A stretch of DNA of 59,520 nucleotides, counting the filler. It is 8 parts of 8 records of this genome, joined end to end, with 100 filler letters (N's around TTAATTAATTAA, not from the genome) between each part and the next. Parts side by side here need not be neighbours in the genome. Positions count along the whole stretch, not along the records: positions 37,088 to 42,611 come from SRR31147125_75297; positions 42,712 to 52,619 come from SRR31147125_75479; 6 more parts are not named here. One strand, 5' to 3'. The position numbers and the translations under genes were made by a program. A model generated the notes under the pieces. The model was not told the origin of the DNA. It made no database searches and saw only the letters and a program-made list of their open reading frames with translations. Below are positions 38,992 to 50,594 of this stretch, piece by piece. Within the stretch, counting starts at the first letter, position 1, and the number at the start of each line of letters is the position of its first letter.

Positions 38992-39915
38992 ATGCAGAAT
39001 ACAGAAATTCCAGTGCTTCTTAAACCTGTATTTTTCACTCATATTTGGGGCGGAAATCTATTAAAGAAGATGTTAAATAAGGACTATTCGCAGGATAATG
39101 TAGGCGAAAGCTGGGAAGTTTCAGCTCATCCAAAGGGCAATTCTACAATAGCATCAGGCGAATACTGCGGCGTAGAGTTTGGTGAATATTATACAAATAT
39201 ATTAGGTAAGAAAAAGCAATATCCATTGCTTATTAAACTAATCGGTCCTAAAAATGATTTATCCGTTCAGGTGCATCCTGACGATGTATATGCAAAACTT
39301 AATGAGAACTCACTGGGGAAAAAGGAAGCATGGTATGTGCTTTCAGCGCCGGAAGATGGTCAGATAATAGCAGGAATAAGCTGCACAAAAAAAGAGTTTG
39401 CCAAAGCTGTTAAGGACGGCACAGTAAAGCAAACGCTTACATATCTTAATTGCAGTAAAGGCGACGCTATCTCCATTGACCCCGGAATGGTTCATGCTCT
39501 ATTAAAAGATGTTATCGTATATGAAGTACAGCAAAATTCAGACATAACCTATCGTATTTACGACTGGGACAGAGTAGATGCGAAAACAAAAAAGCCAAGA
39601 GAATTACACGTTAATAAAGCGTTTGATGTAATAGAATTTGATAAAAAATCCGAAATTATTAAATCGGATGATACTAATTATAAAATTCTTGTTGATAACG
39701 AATATTTTTCACTTATAAAAATAAATTTTGATGGAAAATATATAGACAAAGAAGATTTAAGCGGTGCATATACCCTGATTGAGGGTAATGCAGAAATTTA
39801 TATGGATGGAAAGCTGCTTTTTACTGTATCTAAAGGTGATAGTTTCTATGCACCTATTAGTAATAATTTCACTATACTAGGAAAAGGAGAATTGCTGAAA
39901 TCTGCAGAAAAATGA
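38992..39915 (+). CDS. manA: Mannose-6-phosphate isomerase, class I
   Basis: WGG, GESWE.SAH, PLLIK, LSVQVHPDD, KKEAWYV and EVQQNSD.TYR.YD motifs. Confidence 0.93.
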   Translation: MQNTEIPVLLKPVFFTHIWGGNLLKKMLNKDYSQDNVGESWEVSAHPKGNSTIASGEYCGVEFGEYYTNILGKKKQYPLLIKLIGPKNDLSVQVHPDDVYAKLNENSLGKKEAWYVLSAPEDGQIIAGISCTKKEFAKAVKDGTVKQTLTYLNCSKGDAISIDPGMVHALLKDVIVYEVQQNSDITYRIYDWDRVDAKTKKPRELHVNKAFDVIEFDKKSEIIKSDDTNYKILVDNEYFSLIKINFDGKYIDKEDLSGAYTLIEGNAEIYMDGKLLFTVSKGDSFYAPISNNFTILGKGELLKSAEK

Positions 39916-39932
39916 TTTTAAGCAAATAGTTT

Positions 39933-41591
39933 ATGTACAAGGAAAAATACAATGAATGGCTAAGTAGTGACAAGTTAGATGAAAAATCAAAACAAACACT
40001 AAAATCTATGACAGAGGATGAAATCAAAGATAGCTTTTATAAAGATATCGAATTTGGTACCGGCGGCATAAGAGGCGTTTTGGGTTTAGGCACAAACAGG
40101 CTCAACATTTACAATATGAGAAGAATAAATTATGGCTTTGCACAATATTTACTTGATAACTATCCCGACGCAAAAGAGCAGGGAATTGTAATCGCCCACG
40201 ATAACAGGCATATGTCTGATGAATTCACAAAGGCAAGTGCACACGTCCTAAATTCGTTCGGCATAAAGGTTTATCTTTTCAGAGAACTTGCTCCTACTCC
40301 TCAATTATCATATGCAGTCAGATATTTAAATGCCACAGGTGGCATCGTAATAACAGCCAGCCATAATCCTCCACAGTATAACGGATACAAATTGTATAAT
40401 GATTTAGGCTGTCAGTTAATCCCCAGTGAATCAAGCAAAGTAATTGACTATGTGGATAAACTACCTTCAGCTTTGGAAATCTCTATTCCTAAAGATGTTA
40501 AAGAGAACATAGTCTATCTAGATGCTAAAATCGACAAAGCTTTCCTTGATATGGTCAAAGCCGTATCGGTAAGACACGATGCAAAAAAGGAAAACCTAAA
40601 AGTTGTTTTCTCTCCTCAGCATGGCACAAGCTATAAGCTTGCCAAAACTATGCTTGAAGATGAGAAATACGCTTTGACGCTGGTAAAGGAGCAATGCAGC
40701 CCAGATCCAGACTTTTCCAATACAAAATCTCCGAATCCCGAGGAAGCTGTGGCATTTGAACTGTCCATAAAATATGCAAAAGAAGTGGATGCAGATATCT
40801 GCGTAACAACTGACCCTGATGCCGACAGAGTAGGCATTGCATGCAAAAACGCAGACGGCGAATACACTCTAATAACAGGCAATCAGATGGGGGCGCTGTT
40901 TTTAGACTATATTATTAAAAATACGGATAAGGATTTATCAAATTGTTATGCCGTATCTACGGTTGTAACATCCGATGTTGGCAAGCAAATCTGCAAGGCG
41001 AATAATCTGCAAGTGGATTTTGTTCTGACCGGCTTTAAATTCATAGGGGATGTGATCCACAAATATGAAAAGACAACCCCTGATAAAAAGTTCCTCATGG
41101 GCTATGAAGAAAGTTACGGCTACTCCTTTTCCGATGAAGTGCGGGATAAAGACGCATTGCAGGCAGTGTTTATTGCTTGTGAAATGGCGGCGGTATATAA
41201 AGAACAAGGCATCACTTTGCTTGATAAACTACAGAAGATATATGAAGAATACGGCTACTACCTTGACAAGCTGTTTACATACAAAATGGACGGCGCAGAG
41301 GGAATGAAAAAAATTGCTGAAATTATGCAGAACTTAAGACAGGTTGGAATAAGAAAGATGGGCGAAATAAACGTCCATGAAATACAGGATTTTAATCAGG
41401 AAATTCTAGGCTTACCAAAGGCAAACGTGATTAAGCTATATCTTGAAGATGAAAGCTTTGTAGCGTTCAGACCCTCGGGTACAGAACCAAAATTTAAAGT
41501 ATACTGCTGCATTAAGGATAAAGAAGCAAAACATGCGAATAATAAGCTTGAAAAGATTAAGGCAGATATCGATGGTATCATTTACAGTTAA
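39933..41591 (+). CDS. pgm: Phosphoglucomutase/phosphomannomutase
   Basis: FGTGGIRG, TASHNP, DPDADR, GYEESYG and RPSGTEPK motifs. Confidence 0.93.
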   Translation: MYKEKYNEWLSSDKLDEKSKQTLKSMTEDEIKDSFYKDIEFGTGGIRGVLGLGTNRLNIYNMRRINYGFAQYLLDNYPDAKEQGIVIAHDNRHMSDEFTKASAHVLNSFGIKVYLFRELAPTPQLSYAVRYLNATGGIVITASHNPPQYNGYKLYNDLGCQLIPSESSKVIDYVDKLPSALEISIPKDVKENIVYLDAKIDKAFLDMVKAVSVRHDAKKENLKVVFSPQHGTSYKLAKTMLEDEKYALTLVKEQCSPDPDFSNTKSPNPEEAVAFELSIKYAKEVDADICVTTDPDADRVGIACKNADGEYTLITGNQMGALFLDYIIKNTDKDLSNCYAVSTVVTSDVGKQICKANNLQVDFVLTGFKFIGDVIHKYEKTTPDKKFLMGYEESYGYSFSDEVRDKDALQAVFIACEMAAVYKEQGITLLDKLQKIYEEYGYYLDKLFTYKMDGAEGMKKIAEIMQNLRQVGIRKMGEINVHEIQDFNQEILGLPKANVIKLYLEDESFVAFRPSGTEPKFKVYCCIKDKEAKHANNKLEKIKADIDGIIYS

Positions 41592-41625
41592 CCTAAGCAT
41601 TTAATATGCTAAGAAGGAGGTCAAT

Positions 41626-42132
41626 TTGAGTAAGAAAGTATTTATTATTCTTGCCGTTGTATGCACTTTTTTGGTGCTTAACTCGTGCAGCTATCTTGAA
41701 AATTTGGAACTACCGTCTCTAACCGACAGCGATGAAGAAACCGTACCAGATGAGTATTCAGACGAACAACAGTCTGTTTTGGAGGATTTTAAAGAAGGCG
41801 CAGGCAATGTTTTTGACCTTATGAAAGATGGTATTTTCTCCTTGAGTGAGTTAACTGATTTAGGAGTTTTAGAGGAGGAAAATCCTCTCCAAAGTCTTGG
41901 AGAACTAATTGACAACAGTGATAGCTTCTCAATATCCGATATTGATATCAGCTCTTTAAATCTTGAAAACCTTACAGATGAGCAGATATCAATGCTGATG
42001 AACGTAATTTCCGGTGAAATGACCATGACTGAATTAATTAGCAGCGGCTCATTTACATTAAAGGATTTTCAAGATATGGGACTCTTTGATGTAATAGCAG
42101 AAAGTATTAGTCCCTCAACTTCTGACAGCTAA
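41626..42132 (+). CDS. Acidic hypothetical lipoprotein
   Basis: AAGGAGG RBS, TTG start and lipobox LNSC. Confidence 0.7.
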   Translation: MSKKVFIILAVVCTFLVLNSCSYLENLELPSLTDSDEETVPDEYSDEQQSVLEDFKEGAGNVFDLMKDGIFSLSELTDLGVLEEENPLQSLGELIDNSDSFSISDIDISSLNLENLTDEQISMLMNVISGEMTMTELISSGSFTLKDFQDMGLFDVIAESISPSTSDS

Positions 42133-42152
42133 AAAATTTACAAAAAGCCAAT

Positions 42153-42189
42153 AAAAAAGCACTTACCATTTATCTTAGTAAGTGCTTTT
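42153..42189. terminator. Bidirectional intrinsic terminator
   Basis: AAAAGCACTTAC/GTAAGTGCTTTT between convergent genes. Confidence 0.8.
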
Positions 42190-42207
42190 ATTCTTTGTCA
42201 AATACTA

Positions 42208-42611
42208 TTATGCATCTACGATAGTACCTTGGCATCCTGCTCTGCCTATACATGCTGCATTTGCTTCATCTGTATCAACGTGCATTGCCAATGCGTAACT
42301 GTCTTTTACCCTCACAACTACATCCTTGAAAATAACAGGTCTTGATGTATCAACCTCGACAGATACTATTTGTCTGTCCTCTACTCCTAGGTTTTCAGCA
42401 TCTTCCGGTGTCATGTGAATGTGACGTTTTGCCACAATCAGTCCTTCCTTTATTTTCAACTCGCCTTTAGGTCCTTTTAATGTTATAGGGGCAGAATTTG
42501 CAATGTCTCCGCTTTCTCTTACCATTGCAACGCTGCCTAATGCATAACAATCAGTCAATGATACCTCGACTTGCGTTTCCTGTCTTAATGGTCCCAAAAT
42601 AACTACTTTTT
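42208..42611 (-). CDS. pduL: Phosphate propanoyl/acetyltransferase PduL, N-terminus truncated
   Basis: GP.R.ETQVEVS.TD, RESGD, AKRHIHM and MHVDTDEANA motifs. Confidence 0.92.
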
Positions 42612-42711
42612 NNNNNNNNNNNNNNNNNNNNNNNNNNNNNNNNNNNNNNNNNNNNTTAATTAATTAANNNNNNNNNNNNNNNNNNNNNNNNNNNNNNNNN
42701 NNNNNNNNNNN
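42612..42711. other. Artificial contig linker
   Basis: N44-TTAATTAATTAA-N44. Confidence 0.99.
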
Positions 42712-42712
42712 T

Positions 42713-43555
42713 TTCGATCACATCGGTGGAATTAATACCCTACTCTATACTCTTGCAAACGGCGGATGCGCCGTCACTGTTCAAGAACGGACACCGGAAG
42801 CGGTGTGCCAGGCAATCGAAACATTTCAAGTTGAATTGCTCCCCACCTCCCCTACCTTCATCAATCTTTTGCTGCTTTCGGAAGCGGGGGACAAATTTGA
42901 TTTGTCATCCTTGAAACGGGTCACTTACGGCACGGAAATGATGCCGCCGTCCACTCTGAAACGCTTCCATGAGCTATTCCCGAAGGTTCGGTTGCAACAG
43001 ACATACGGGCTGTCGGAAATCGGGATTCTGAGCTCCAAATCAAAAGCAGCGGACTCACTTTGGGTGAAGATCGGCGGATCTGGAATCACCTATCGCATTG
43101 TGGAAGGTATTCTACAAATCAACACCCCGTCGGCCATGCTGGGATATCTCAATGCCCCCAGCCCGTTTACCGAAGACGGATGGTTCGATACCGGTGATCA
43201 GGTGGAAGAGGATGGTGATTTCATTCGAATCCTCGGTCGAACATCGGAGATCATCAATGTGGGCGGTGAAAAGGTGTGGCCGGCAGAGGTGGAGAGTGTC
43301 CTTCTGGAGATGGACGGGATCGAGGATGTTGCGGTGACCGGTCGTGTCAATCCCATAACAGGCCAAATGGTTCAGGCTCGGGTAAAATTGTGTTCATCGG
43401 AAAGTCTTTCCGACTTCAGAAAACGGATGCGGAAATTCTGTAAAGACCGGCTGGCACCTTATCAAATCCCACAACAGGTGCTCCTTGCGCCGGAAGGATT
43501 TCATGGGGGACGCTTCAAAAAAATTCGTCGTCAACGCGCCGATTTGAATAATTGA
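42713..43555 (+). CDS. Stand-alone ANL-family adenylate-forming enzyme (acyl-CoA/acyl-ACP ligase-like), 5'-truncated
   Basis: FDHIGGINTL, QTYGLSE, WFDTGD and GR.SEIINVGGEKV.P.EVE motifs. Confidence 0.88.
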   Translation, partial: FDHIGGINTLLYTLANGGCAVTVQERTPEAVCQAIETFQVELLPTSPTFINLLLLSEAGDKFDLSSLKRVTYGTEMMPPSTLKRFHELFPKVRLQQTYGLSEIGILSSKSKAADSLWVKIGGSGITYRIVEGILQINTPSAMLGYLNAPSPFTEDGWFDTGDQVEEDGDFIRILGRTSEIINVGGEKVWPAEVESVLLEMDGIEDVAVTGRVNPITGQMVQARVKLCSSESLSDFRKRMRKFCKDRLAPYQIPQQVLLAPEGFHGGRFKKIRRQRADLNN

Positions 43556-43629
43556 TGTACGACTTTTTTTCGTCAAGTTGTTTAGAACAATGAACTGTGC
43601 TGAAAATAGATAAAGAATGGATTTAGTGA

Positions 43630-46600
43630 ATGTTCGATAAACGCAACGTCAAAAACCTCTATGCACTCACTCCCCTCCAGGAAGGGATTCTGTTTCACTC
43701 ACTTTTGGATGAAGGCGGTGCCACCTATTTTGAGCAGGCCCGTTTTGACATCCACGGACGCATTGAGATTCCCCTTTTCCAGAACGCCTGGAACGAACTG
43801 ATCAAACGGCATGATGTTCTTCGTACCATTTTTGTGATGAAGAATGTGCCTCAGCCCCTTCAAATTGTCCTCAAAAAGCGTGAAATCACCATCAATGTTG
43901 AGAATTTGATCCATCTGGATGATGCAGAGCAGCTTCGCCGAATCGATACGTTTCGGGTTGAAGATCGACAAACCCCCTTCACCCTCTCCAGTGATCTTCT
44001 GATCAGAATCACTCTTTTTCAAAGAGATAGGGATCACTACACATTGGTTTGGAGCTTCCACCACATCATCATGGATGGATGGAGCGTGAGCATTCTCTAT
44101 GAAGAATTGGCAACGCTGTACGCCGCTCAGACTCAAAATATACCGGTCAAACTTCCCCAACCGGTACAGTTCGGCGCCTACATAAAATGGCTAAAGGGCA
44201 AAACAGGCGGAGATGTCCAGACATTTTGGAAAACCTATCTTGACGGTTACAACAGAGCGGTAAGCCTTCCCAAAATGAACTCATCCCAGCTTGCCGGATC
44301 TGGAGAAGACCGGGAAATAATTCAAACCGTTGCTGAACAGAATAGCGATATCCCTTCAGATCAACCGACAGAAACAACACTTGACCGGGAAACGACATCC
44401 AATGGTTATAAAACCCATCGCGTCAAATTCGAACTGAATGGCGACATATCTCGACAATTAACCGAGCTCGCTCTGAAAAATAAAGTGACCGTGAATACCC
44501 TGTTTCAGGCACTTTGGGGAATAATGCTTGCCGCCTGCAATGACATCAACGATGTGGTTTTCGGAATCACGGTTTCGGGAAGACCCGCCGACATTAAGGG
44601 AATCGAGAGGATGGTGGGACTTTTCATCAATGCCGTCCCTGTTAGGATCGCATTCTCCGGCAATGATACCTTCAGAGCTCTTCTGGCCGAACTACACGCC
44701 GATGCCACTGCAGCAAGAGAATACCACTACTCTTCATTGGCCGACATTCAGGCGGCAACGCCCCTTCGTCACAATCTTTTCGATCAATTGCTGGTTTTTG
44801 AAAACTATCCCAACCCCTCAGATGTGATGCAAGAAGAGGGGGAAGGGCTGACCATGTCGGCATTCGACCAGTTTGAACAAACCAACTACGATCTCACGGT
44901 GGAGGTATTTCCGGGAAATGCCATAGAATACGAAATTCTATATAACCCGAATGCGTTTGAGGCATCCGTTATTGAAGCGATTCCCAAGCACATCGAGCGG
45001 GCAGCCACATCGGTGATTGAAAATGCAGACATTCCCGTTATTGAAATTCAAGTACTCAGCGAAGACGAAAAAGAGACTTACCATACACGGACCCGTTCAG
45101 CAGCAGACGACACTCATCTCGGCGTCTCTTCCCAGAAAACGGATGAGATTTCGGGCACGCAACTCCAACGGAAAGTCCTGACACGGTATGCCGCAGCAGA
45201 AACCGATATCGAAGCTGAGTTAGTCACCATATGGGATGAGGTTCTGGAGCGCTCTCCCATCGGCATTGATGACAACTTTTTTGAAATCGGCGGCCATAGT
45301 CTAAAAGCAACCCGTATCGTCTCCAGACTTCACAAAGTGCTTGGCGTGGAAGTGACACTCCAGGAATTTTTCCGCCACTCCGACATCCGTGCTCTGGCCC
45401 ATCTGGTGGAGATAAAGAAGAATCCAACCGCTAAAAATCAGTCAATGTCATCCGCCTCTGAGGAGAATGCCCCAAATACCCCAATAGCGCGTTCCAATAC
45501 AAAAATAACGGCAAGCCCTTCTGCATCCAATAATGCATCCGACGATTCGACAAGCAGATCCATTCCCCTTTGTTCTGCGCAAGAGGATTACGAAGTTTCC
45601 CATGCACAGCGTCGTCTCTGGATTCTGGATCAGATGGAGGATGAGTTTACCGCGTACAATCAATCTGCCGGTTTCATTTTCGAAGGAAAACTGAATCCCG
45701 ATCTTTTCAAAAAAGCGATGGCATTGACGGCATCACGCCATGAATCACTTCGTACCGTGTTTATTGAGAAGAATGGAGAGCCGCGTCAACGCATCATAAG
45801 CTTTGAGACATTGCCGAAAAATCAAGAGAAGGGACGATCCGGAACAACCACCTCAACAATATTGAATCATGGAATTCATGACCTTCTGGAAGGCGAGATT
45901 GGAGTCACCCTACCCGTTTCGGAAATTGATTTAAGTGCTGATGCAGATCCCGACGCCTCTGCCCAAACGCTTGCCGCCGAGATGCAACACAAAACATTCG
46001 ATCTTGCCAACGGACCGCTGTGGGAGGTGACGCTGGTTCGCCTTGCACCGGAACGCCATCTGCTGTTGCTCAATATGCACCATATCATTTGCGACGGTTG
46101 GTCTCTTGTGGTCCTGGAAAACGAGGTGATGACTCTATATCAACTGCTTCAGGAAAAAAAAGTCCCGGCATTTTCACCGCTTCCCTTGCAATACAAGGAC
46201 TATGCCGCCTGGCAAAATCGACGGCTCTCATTCGATGAGTTGACGCACCATCAAACATTCTGGCACAGCACGCTTGGTGGCGCGTTACCGGTACTCAATC
46301 TACCGACGGATTTCCCGCGCCCCCTCACGCGTACCTATGTCGGTGCCGCAGTTAAAACGGCCATTGACACCGCCAATTTGGAACGATTTCAAGAATTTTG
46401 CACCAAGCGACGCGTCAGTCTTTTCATGGGCCTGACAGCGATCCTGAAAGTACTGTTGTTTCGATATACCAATCAGACGGATCTCATCATCGGATCTCCG
46501 GTTGCAGGGCGCAATCACACGGATCTTGAAGGACAAATCGGATTTTTTGTCAATACCATTGTGCTCAGAGACCACATAGAACCGGAAGAGAGTTTTGAAA

Positions 46601-49600
46601 CGCTTTTGAATGCCGTTTCTCGGACGGTCACTTCGGCATTTGATCATCAGAGCTATCCATTTGATCGACTTGTCGAGGAACTCGATGTGCTGCGGGATGT
46701 GGGACGCAGCCCCATATTCGATGTGATGCTGGTACTCCAAAATAACATTTCCGTGACAGCATCCATGACGGAGTTGAAAATCTCGGAATTGGATGTGGAG
46801 AGTCACCAGAGCCAGTTCGATCTCACGCTGATTTTTTCCGAATCGGAAGAGGGCTTGACACTGGAAATCAATTACAATACCGACCTATTCCGTGAAGATA
46901 CCCTTCAGCGGATGGCCGGGCATTTTGATACCCTTCTTTATAGTGCCGTCACTGCCTCTGATACCCCCATCTCCAAACTTCAAATGTTGACCGATGAAGA
47001 GCAGACCCTTCTTACAGCAGGATTCAATCGAACATCCCGATCGTTTCCTGAAGACGACACCCTTGCTTCGTTGTTCGAAAAACAGGTCATCGCCACGCCG
47101 GACAATGAAGCGGTCCGCTATCGAAATCTGACACTCACTTACAGAGAACTGAACCGACAGGCAGACGCTGTAGGAAACCGACTTCAAAGCTCATACGGGA
47201 TCGGCAAGACGCCCGATCAACCTGTCGCTGTGCTACTGAATCGCAGCCACCTTGTTCCTGTGACGCTTCTGGCGGTTCTAAAAGCCGGGGGGCCTATCTT
47301 CCATTGGATGCTGAGATGCCCCTTCAGCGCCTTCAATTCATTCTTTCCGATAGTAATGCCGGGGTGCTGATTACTGAGTCTCCCCTTCTCCCGATGGCAG
47401 AGCAACTTGAGATAAATCAACTTATCATCCTTGATGACGTATCCGTGGATGGGAGGTTTCCTGTAAATTCCCTTTCCAAAGCACCGGAGAAATCCGGTGG
47501 AAACGTGTTTGAAATCAATATTGATGCAGATACGGAAAAAGAGCATTCTGGAAAATACGGCTACGTTCCAAACCCGACCGATCTGGCATACATCATCTAC
47601 ACCTCCGGCTCTACGGGAAACCCCAAAGGGGTGATGGTTGAACATCGCAGTTTCATTAATATGATTCTGGCACAGATCGAAGGATTTGAAGTCGAGCCCG
47701 ATGACCGAGTGCTTCAATTTGCGTCACTTATTTTCGATGCCTCCATGTCGGAAATTTTCATGGGGCTTTTGTCTGGAGCGTCGGTCATCATGGTGGATAA
47801 ACATATACTTCTGGATACCTCACAATTCATTCAAGAACTCGCGCGTCAACAGGTAACCGTCATCACTTTGCCACCGGTCTATCTAAAGACACTGGCCCAT
47901 CACCCGTTGCCGACACTGAAGACCATCATTACGGCCGGAGAACCTGCCATCAAAGAGGATGCGCTCTTTTACAGCAGAACGAAACGATACTTTAATGCGT
48001 ATGGCCCAACCGAAACAGCGGTTTGTACATCATTCCATCAAGTCGGCATGACGCGTGAATACGGCGAAACGATTCCCATAGGCGCTCCGATTGCAAACAA
48101 CGGAGTTTACATCCTTGACATGCATCTCAATCCGGTGCCCATCGGCGTTCCCGGAGAGCTCTGTTTTGCAGGTGTCGGTGTCGCCAGAGGATATCTAAAC
48201 CGATCCGACTTGACTCGGGAAAAGTTCATTCAAAGCCCTTTTGAATCGAGGGCCCGGGAAATTAAAAAAGAGAGACTCTATCGAATCGGTGATTTGGGAA
48301 GATGGCTTCCTGACGGCGAGATTGAATTTCTCGGTCGAGTAGACGAGCAGGTGAAAATTCGGGGATTCCGTATAGAACCCGGAGAAATTGCCGCTGCACT
48401 GAAATCTTTCCCAGGCATACAGGATGCTCTGGTTCTGGTGTGGAAGGATCACTCAAACGCAGATCATCTGGCGGCTTACATGGTCATGGAGGATCTGATG
48501 GAGGCGTCGGATATCCATCTATTGAGTCTGGAAATCAGATCATCATTATCGGAATCTTTACCCAATTACATGATTCCCCATCTCTTTATTCCTCTTGATG
48601 CGTTTCCCCTGACCATCAACGGAAAAATCGACAAACGGGCACTCCCTGATCCCAAGCATGTTTTGGAGAATCGGCTTCAGTCAAAAGAGCAATCCGTGCA
48701 GGGTAATAAAAACGAAAGTGACCTGTATGAAAACCGTTTTATTCAAACAGATTTTTCGAGAAAACCGCTCTCCCTCTCACCGGTGGAAGCGGAAATCAAA
48801 ACGGTTTGGCAGAGACTTTTCAATCGTGACGATATTCAACTAGAGGATGATTTCTTTTTGCTGGGCGGCGACTCCATTAGGGCCATTCGGATGGTTTCAC
48901 TTCTTCGAGAAAAGGATTTGATTGTTAAGGTCAAAGATATTTTCAAGTGGCCGACCATCTCCGACCTGGCATTGAACGGTGTGTGCAAGACATCTCTCCG
49001 GAAAACATCATGCGGGGAAACCAGAAGAGAACATGCGGTACGTCGTCAGCTCGATTTTTCAGGTACCGTTCCAATGACCCCCATCTATTCCTGGTTTTTT
49101 GACCATTTCAAGGAAGAGGCATACCATTTTAACCATTCGGATCTCTTTTTCAGTGACAAGCCACTGGATCCCGACGCGCTAAACGCGGCAATACAGGCAG
49201 TGATATCCCATCATGAAATGCTGCGGCTGACCTGCAAGAAAAACGCAAACGGCATCATATTGGAAATTCCTCCGCTGAAAAAGGATGGGAAGGATTTTGC
49301 CCCAAATGACAATACAGTAAGTAACAATGAAGCCGCTTCCAATGCGTTTCGGATGGAGGTCATCGATCTTCGAAATTCCCCGTTGGAAGAGGCCAAACTC
49401 ACGTTGACCCGTTTTGCATCTGAAGCCCAATCACGCTTTGATCTTCACCGTACGTCTCTATTCAAAGTGATGCTGTTCAAGTTACCTGACGGAGATCGTC
49501 TGCTTTTCATCATGCACCATCTGCTTGGGGACGCGGTTTCCTGGCGGATCATCATGGATGATTTTGAATCCGGCTATGATCAATATATACAAGATAACAC

Positions 49601-50456
49601 GCGCCCGATCAGTCTTCCTTTGAAAAGTGATCCTTTCCCTATCTGGGCTTTTGCTCTAACTGAATATGCAACGTCCGGTCGCTTTCAAAATGAGAAACGG
49701 TTCTGGCAAACCCAGATGGATCACCCCTATGGACATCTGCCAAATGCCTCAAAAATGAGTGATTCAACGGTTGCTGACGTGCCTGAGCCGGAAAACGCTT
49801 TAATGAAAGAGATGAAATGTTTTGAGTTCTCACTGAATACCCAAAAAACTGAAACCGTGCGAAAGAGCACCCAAACACTCAAATCAGGGATCGACAAAAT
49901 GCTCTTAGCCGCCCTTGCCTGGTGCTTTAAATGCCAACACGGTCATGAGGCAACACTGATCTCCATGGAGAGCTACGGTCGCCCGGAACTTTTCGATGAC
50001 ATCGATGTGTCACGAACTGTCGGATGGTTCACCGCTCAGTATCCGCTATTGATCCATGCGCCGGATGGGTGCACTCCTGAAACCGCCCTGAAATCAATTG
50101 CCGATGCTCTTGAACGCATTCCCAACAACGGTATAGGATGGGGTGTTCTTCAATATTTAACCCCACCCGAGTCCGGGCTCCGAATTGATCGGTCAATGGA
50201 ACCTGATATCAATTTCAATTACCTGGGTGAGTTTGAAAACTACGGAAAAAGGATGTTCATTTCTTCTAAAGAGGAGATAGGATCACCCGTTTCAGGAAAT
50301 GCCCCGGTGATCCATGACCTGGATATAAATGCCGTCATTGCAGAGCAAAAACTTCATATTCTCTGGCACTATAATGAAAAACGATTTACCCCAAATGATA
50401 TAAAAAAGATGACTGAAGATTTTTCGAATAGATTGATGGCGCTGTGTCGTCATTGA
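43630..50456 (+). CDS. Non-ribosomal peptide synthetase C-T-C-A-T-E (~2275 aa), split by a 1-nt deletion at G6 47287-47292
   Basis: HHIIMDGWS; GGHSL; HHIICDGWS; A domain (LKAGG/AYLP, YTSGSTGNPKG, NAYGPTE, NGKIDK); GGDSI; E domain (HHLLGDAVSW, SRTVGWFT, FNYLG). Confidence 0.9.
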
Positions 50457-50594
50457 AACCAACGCGGAAGAGTTGTAAGTCACCTTCGAATTTTTTCTTT
50501 TAACCCTTTGCATTATTGAATAAAATCAGCATTCGTGCGGCAAGGGAAGGTTCATTTCATCCATGGAGTTCCTACAACATATCAGGAGGAAATT

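Noticed and set aside
42208-42611. pduL as evidence for a bacterial microcompartment locus
   Set aside because: No shell genes are on the contig, and PduL often serves as a stand-alone phosphotransacylase in Clostridia.
47304-47370. Two separate NRPS proteins
   Set aside because: The break falls inside the conserved A2 motif LKAGGAYLP at a G run.
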